From assembly GCA_051313645.2 (NCBI GenBank), contig JBNRSN020000007.1, forward strand, positions 234,980,001 to 235,044,000: 64,000 nucleotides of DNA, given 5' to 3'. Below, one piece after another: positions 61,652 to 64,000 of the stretch (the stretch's first letter is position 1; every line of letters starts with the position of its first letter). This DNA is from Centroscyllium fabricii. Taxonomy: Eukaryota. Position numbers and translations under genes: made by a program. Below the pieces are notes generated by a model. The model ran no database searches. It was given only the letters and a program-made list of their open reading frames with translations, and was not told the DNA's origin.

Positions 61652-64000
61652 TGTGGCGGTACGCCCACTGGGACATTGAATCCACCACGGGGACTCCGCG
61701 GAGCAAAGCCCCGCTCATCCGGGTGACGCGACGACGTCATCACGTCGGCCGACGACGTCATCACGTCGGCCGACGCGATGACGTCACCAACCGCGGGACC
61801 GTTTAAATATGCCTGTCTCGAGTGGTTCAGTCTCTTTCTTGTTTTGTTCTAGTTGATTAAAGCTGTGTTCTCTCTAGCTCTGGCTCACGTGTGGTTCCTA
61901 GGCCTGCAGTGGTGACCCCGAACTGGAACGACTTCCAGAGAAGAAAAGCTGCCGCAGGATCTGGGACCACCAGCCAAAGACTTTTATCAGAGAACATGGT
62001 AAACCCAAGAAACCAAGCTCCACGAACGCAGGGAGCTGGACAGAACGCCGGACGTGGACTAACTCTACCCGAGTTCTGGGAGCAACGGCCAGCGGCCTGG
62101 TTCATCTGTATTGAGGCCAGCTGCCGCGCACATGGCATTCAAGGGGACGACCGCTACGACCTGGTGTTCTCAGCCCTACCACAGACGACGATTGATCGGA
62201 TGTGGTCAAAAATACAGCGCGTGCCCGTCGCAGGCAGGTATGAAACGCTTAAGGCCGCGCTTATCAAAAAATTTACACCCTCCCAATTTGAGCGCGACTG
62301 CCAGCTCCTCGACCTCCCCGAACTCGGGGACGCAGACCCATCGGACCTCTTAGGTCAGATGCAAGCGCTCACACCCAACTCGGCCTCCCTCTTCCGTACC
62401 GTCTTCCTCCTCAAACTGCCCCGCGCCATCAGACCGGCCTTGGCGGCCCTTGGCCACCGGAGCGATGACGAGCTCGGAGAGGAAGCCGACAGGCTCATGG
62501 AGGCGCAGCGCACCCGCTCTACCACGTGCGAACCTAACTCCGCATCGGTAGCACGCAGCCAATCACCCCCCAGGCACAACTTTACGCCTGAACCTAGGGC
62601 CCCGCGCCCGCCCAGACAACCGCGTCCCTCTAGCACCGGCTGGTGCTACTACCACACGCGGTTCGAACACAAAGCGCACCGCTGCGTTCAGCCATGCGCG
62701 TTCAAGCCACGGCCCAACTCAGCCCCCACCATGTCTGTAGGCCACACAGGAGCACTGCTCTTCGCCACAGACAGCGGTACAGGCCTCAGGTTCCTCTGCG
62801 ACACAGGCGCGCAGCACAGCATCGTGCCAGCCTCCCCCGCAGAAACCAAACGAGGTACCCGGGGCCTGCCACTAGCGGCAGCCAACGGCTCTAATATAAA
62901 AACGTACGGCACCCGCAAGCTAACCATAACCCTTGCAAGCCACGCGTACACCTGGGATTTTGTAACGGCCCAGGTCACTTCTCCCCTCCTCGGGGCAGAC
63001 TTCCTCTGCGCCTACGGCCTACTGGTCGATGTAACTCGGCGCCGCTTGGTAAATATAAACACCATGACGACCATCCCATGCTCCACAGGGCCCGCACTCC
63101 TGGCCAACGCGGCAGCCCAATGCCGCTCCAGGGACTCCGATGCCTACGGCACGCTCCTGGCAGAGTTCCCCGCCCTAACCAACCCCACGTTCACCGCCCG
63201 CAAGGCCAAACACGGGGTGGAACATTTTATAACTACCACAGGCCCTCCCGTCCATGCCCACGCCCGTAGGCTCGACCCGGCCAAGCAGGAGATCGCGCGC
63301 ACCGAGTTCCACACTATGGAACAACTCGGTATAATCCGCCGCTCCAGCAGCCCCTGGTCCTCTCCGCTCCACATAGCCCCCAAGCCCGACGGAGGCTGGC
63401 GCCCCTGCGGCGACTACCGCCGCCTTAACAACGCCACCACCCCGGATAGGTACCCCGTACCCCACATCCAGGATTTTTCCGCCAGACTAGCGGGTTGTAC
63501 GATCTTTTCTAAGATCGACCTGGTGCGTGGCTACCACCAGGTTCCGGTGCACCCGGCGGACATTCCTAAAACGGCCGTCATTACCCCCTTCGGACTCTTC
63601 GAGTTTCTTAGGATGCCCTTCGGCCTCAAAAATGCGGCCCAGGCCTTCCAGCGCCTCATGGACTCGGTCCTACGGGACCTGAAGTTCATCTTCGTCTATT
63701 TAGACGACATCCTCGTGGCCAGCACCTCCCCCCAGGAACACCTCCTGCACCTCAGGACCCTGTTCCAACGCCTTACCGAACACGGCCTTATCTTAAGCCC
63801 CACTAAATGTAAATTCGGCCTCGAGACCATTGACTTCCTCGGCCACCGCATTTCCCAAACAGGGGCCATACCCCTGCCCTCTAAGGTGCAGGCAGTACAA
63901 GAATTCCCCCGCCCGCACTCCATTAAAGGGCTGCAGGAATTTCTGGGGATGGTTAATTTTTATAACCGCTTTATCCCGGGAGCAGCCGCTCTCATGGCCC
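61652..64000 (+). mobile_element. CsRn1-clade-like Gypsy, young, 5' part
   Basis: 5' LTR 61652-61908 (TG...CA); PBS TGGTGACCCCG at 61910-61920 (tRNA-Trp type); CHCC nucleocapsid motif CYYH-X9-C-X3-C; CpG-rich. Confidence 0.9.
61996..64000 (+). CDS. Uninterrupted gag-pol polyprotein (partial, runs off the window)
   Basis: Hand translation from ATG 61996 gives 668 codons with no stop: [79 protein letters not shown]. It is absent from the ORF track, presumably because no stop falls inside the window. Confidence 0.92.
   Translation, partial: MVNPRNQAPRTQGAGQNAGRGLTLPEFWEQRPAAWFICIEASCRAHGIQGDDRYDLVFSALPQTTIDRMWSKIQRVPVAGRYETLKAALIKKFTPSQFERDCQLLDLPELGDADPSDLLGQMQALTPNSASLFRTVFLLKLPRAIRPALAALGHRSDDELGEEADRLMEAQRTRSTTCEPNSASVARSQSPPRHNFTPEPRAPRPPRQPRPSSTGWCYYHTRFEHKAHRCVQPCAFKPRPNSAPTMSVGHTGALLFATDSGTGLRFLCDTGAQHSIVPASPAETKRGTRGLPLAAANGSNIKTYGTRKLTITLASHAYTWDFVTAQVTSPLLGADFLCAYGLLVDVTRRRLVNINTMTTIPCSTGPALLANAAAQCRSRDSDAYGTLLAEFPALTNPTFTARKAKHGVEHFITTTGPPVHAHARRLDPAKQEIARTEFHTMEQLGIIRRSSSPWSSPLHIAPKPDGGWRPCGDYRRLNNATTPDRYPVPHIQDFSARLAGCTIFSKIDLVRGYHQVPVHPADIPKTAVITPFGLFEFLRMPFGLKNAAQAFQRLMDSVLRDLKFIFVYLDDILVASTSPQEHLLHLRTLFQRLTEHGLILSPTKCKFGLETIDFLGHRISQTGAIPLPSKVQAVQEFPRPHSIKGLQEFLGMVNFYNRFIPGAAALMA

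Overview
Eukaryotic DNA, very probably from a cartilaginous fish (shark or ray), judged from HE1-type V-SINEs, Deu-domain SINEs and HER1/CR1 LINE tails. The only host gene is HNF4A on the minus strand: the two DNA-binding-domain exons (37762-37936 and 17206-17300) sit in very large introns, and I found no other exon. The rest is mostly transposable elements: Harbinger-type MITEs, Penelope-like elements with minimal hammerhead ribozymes, CR1 and L2 fragments, SINEs, solo LTRs, a 13.6-kb nested and rearranged Gypsy cluster, a decayed Mag-type Gypsy, and a young CsRn1-type Gypsy whose gag-pol frame is open to the window edge. The most striking object is a 3.33-kb single-ORF APE-RT LINE (40661-43993, minus). 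It has a tRNA-like A/B-box head, no ORF1, no in-frame AUG ahead of its endonuclease and no TTTT on its sense strand, which suggests a protein-coding retrotransposon transcribed by RNA polymerase III. A second candidate is the YLDN Gypsy group, with a non-tRNA, self-complementary primer-binding site and a conserved hairpin over the polypurine tract. Everything was read by eye, so boundaries of old repeats are approximate and novelty could not be checked against databases.
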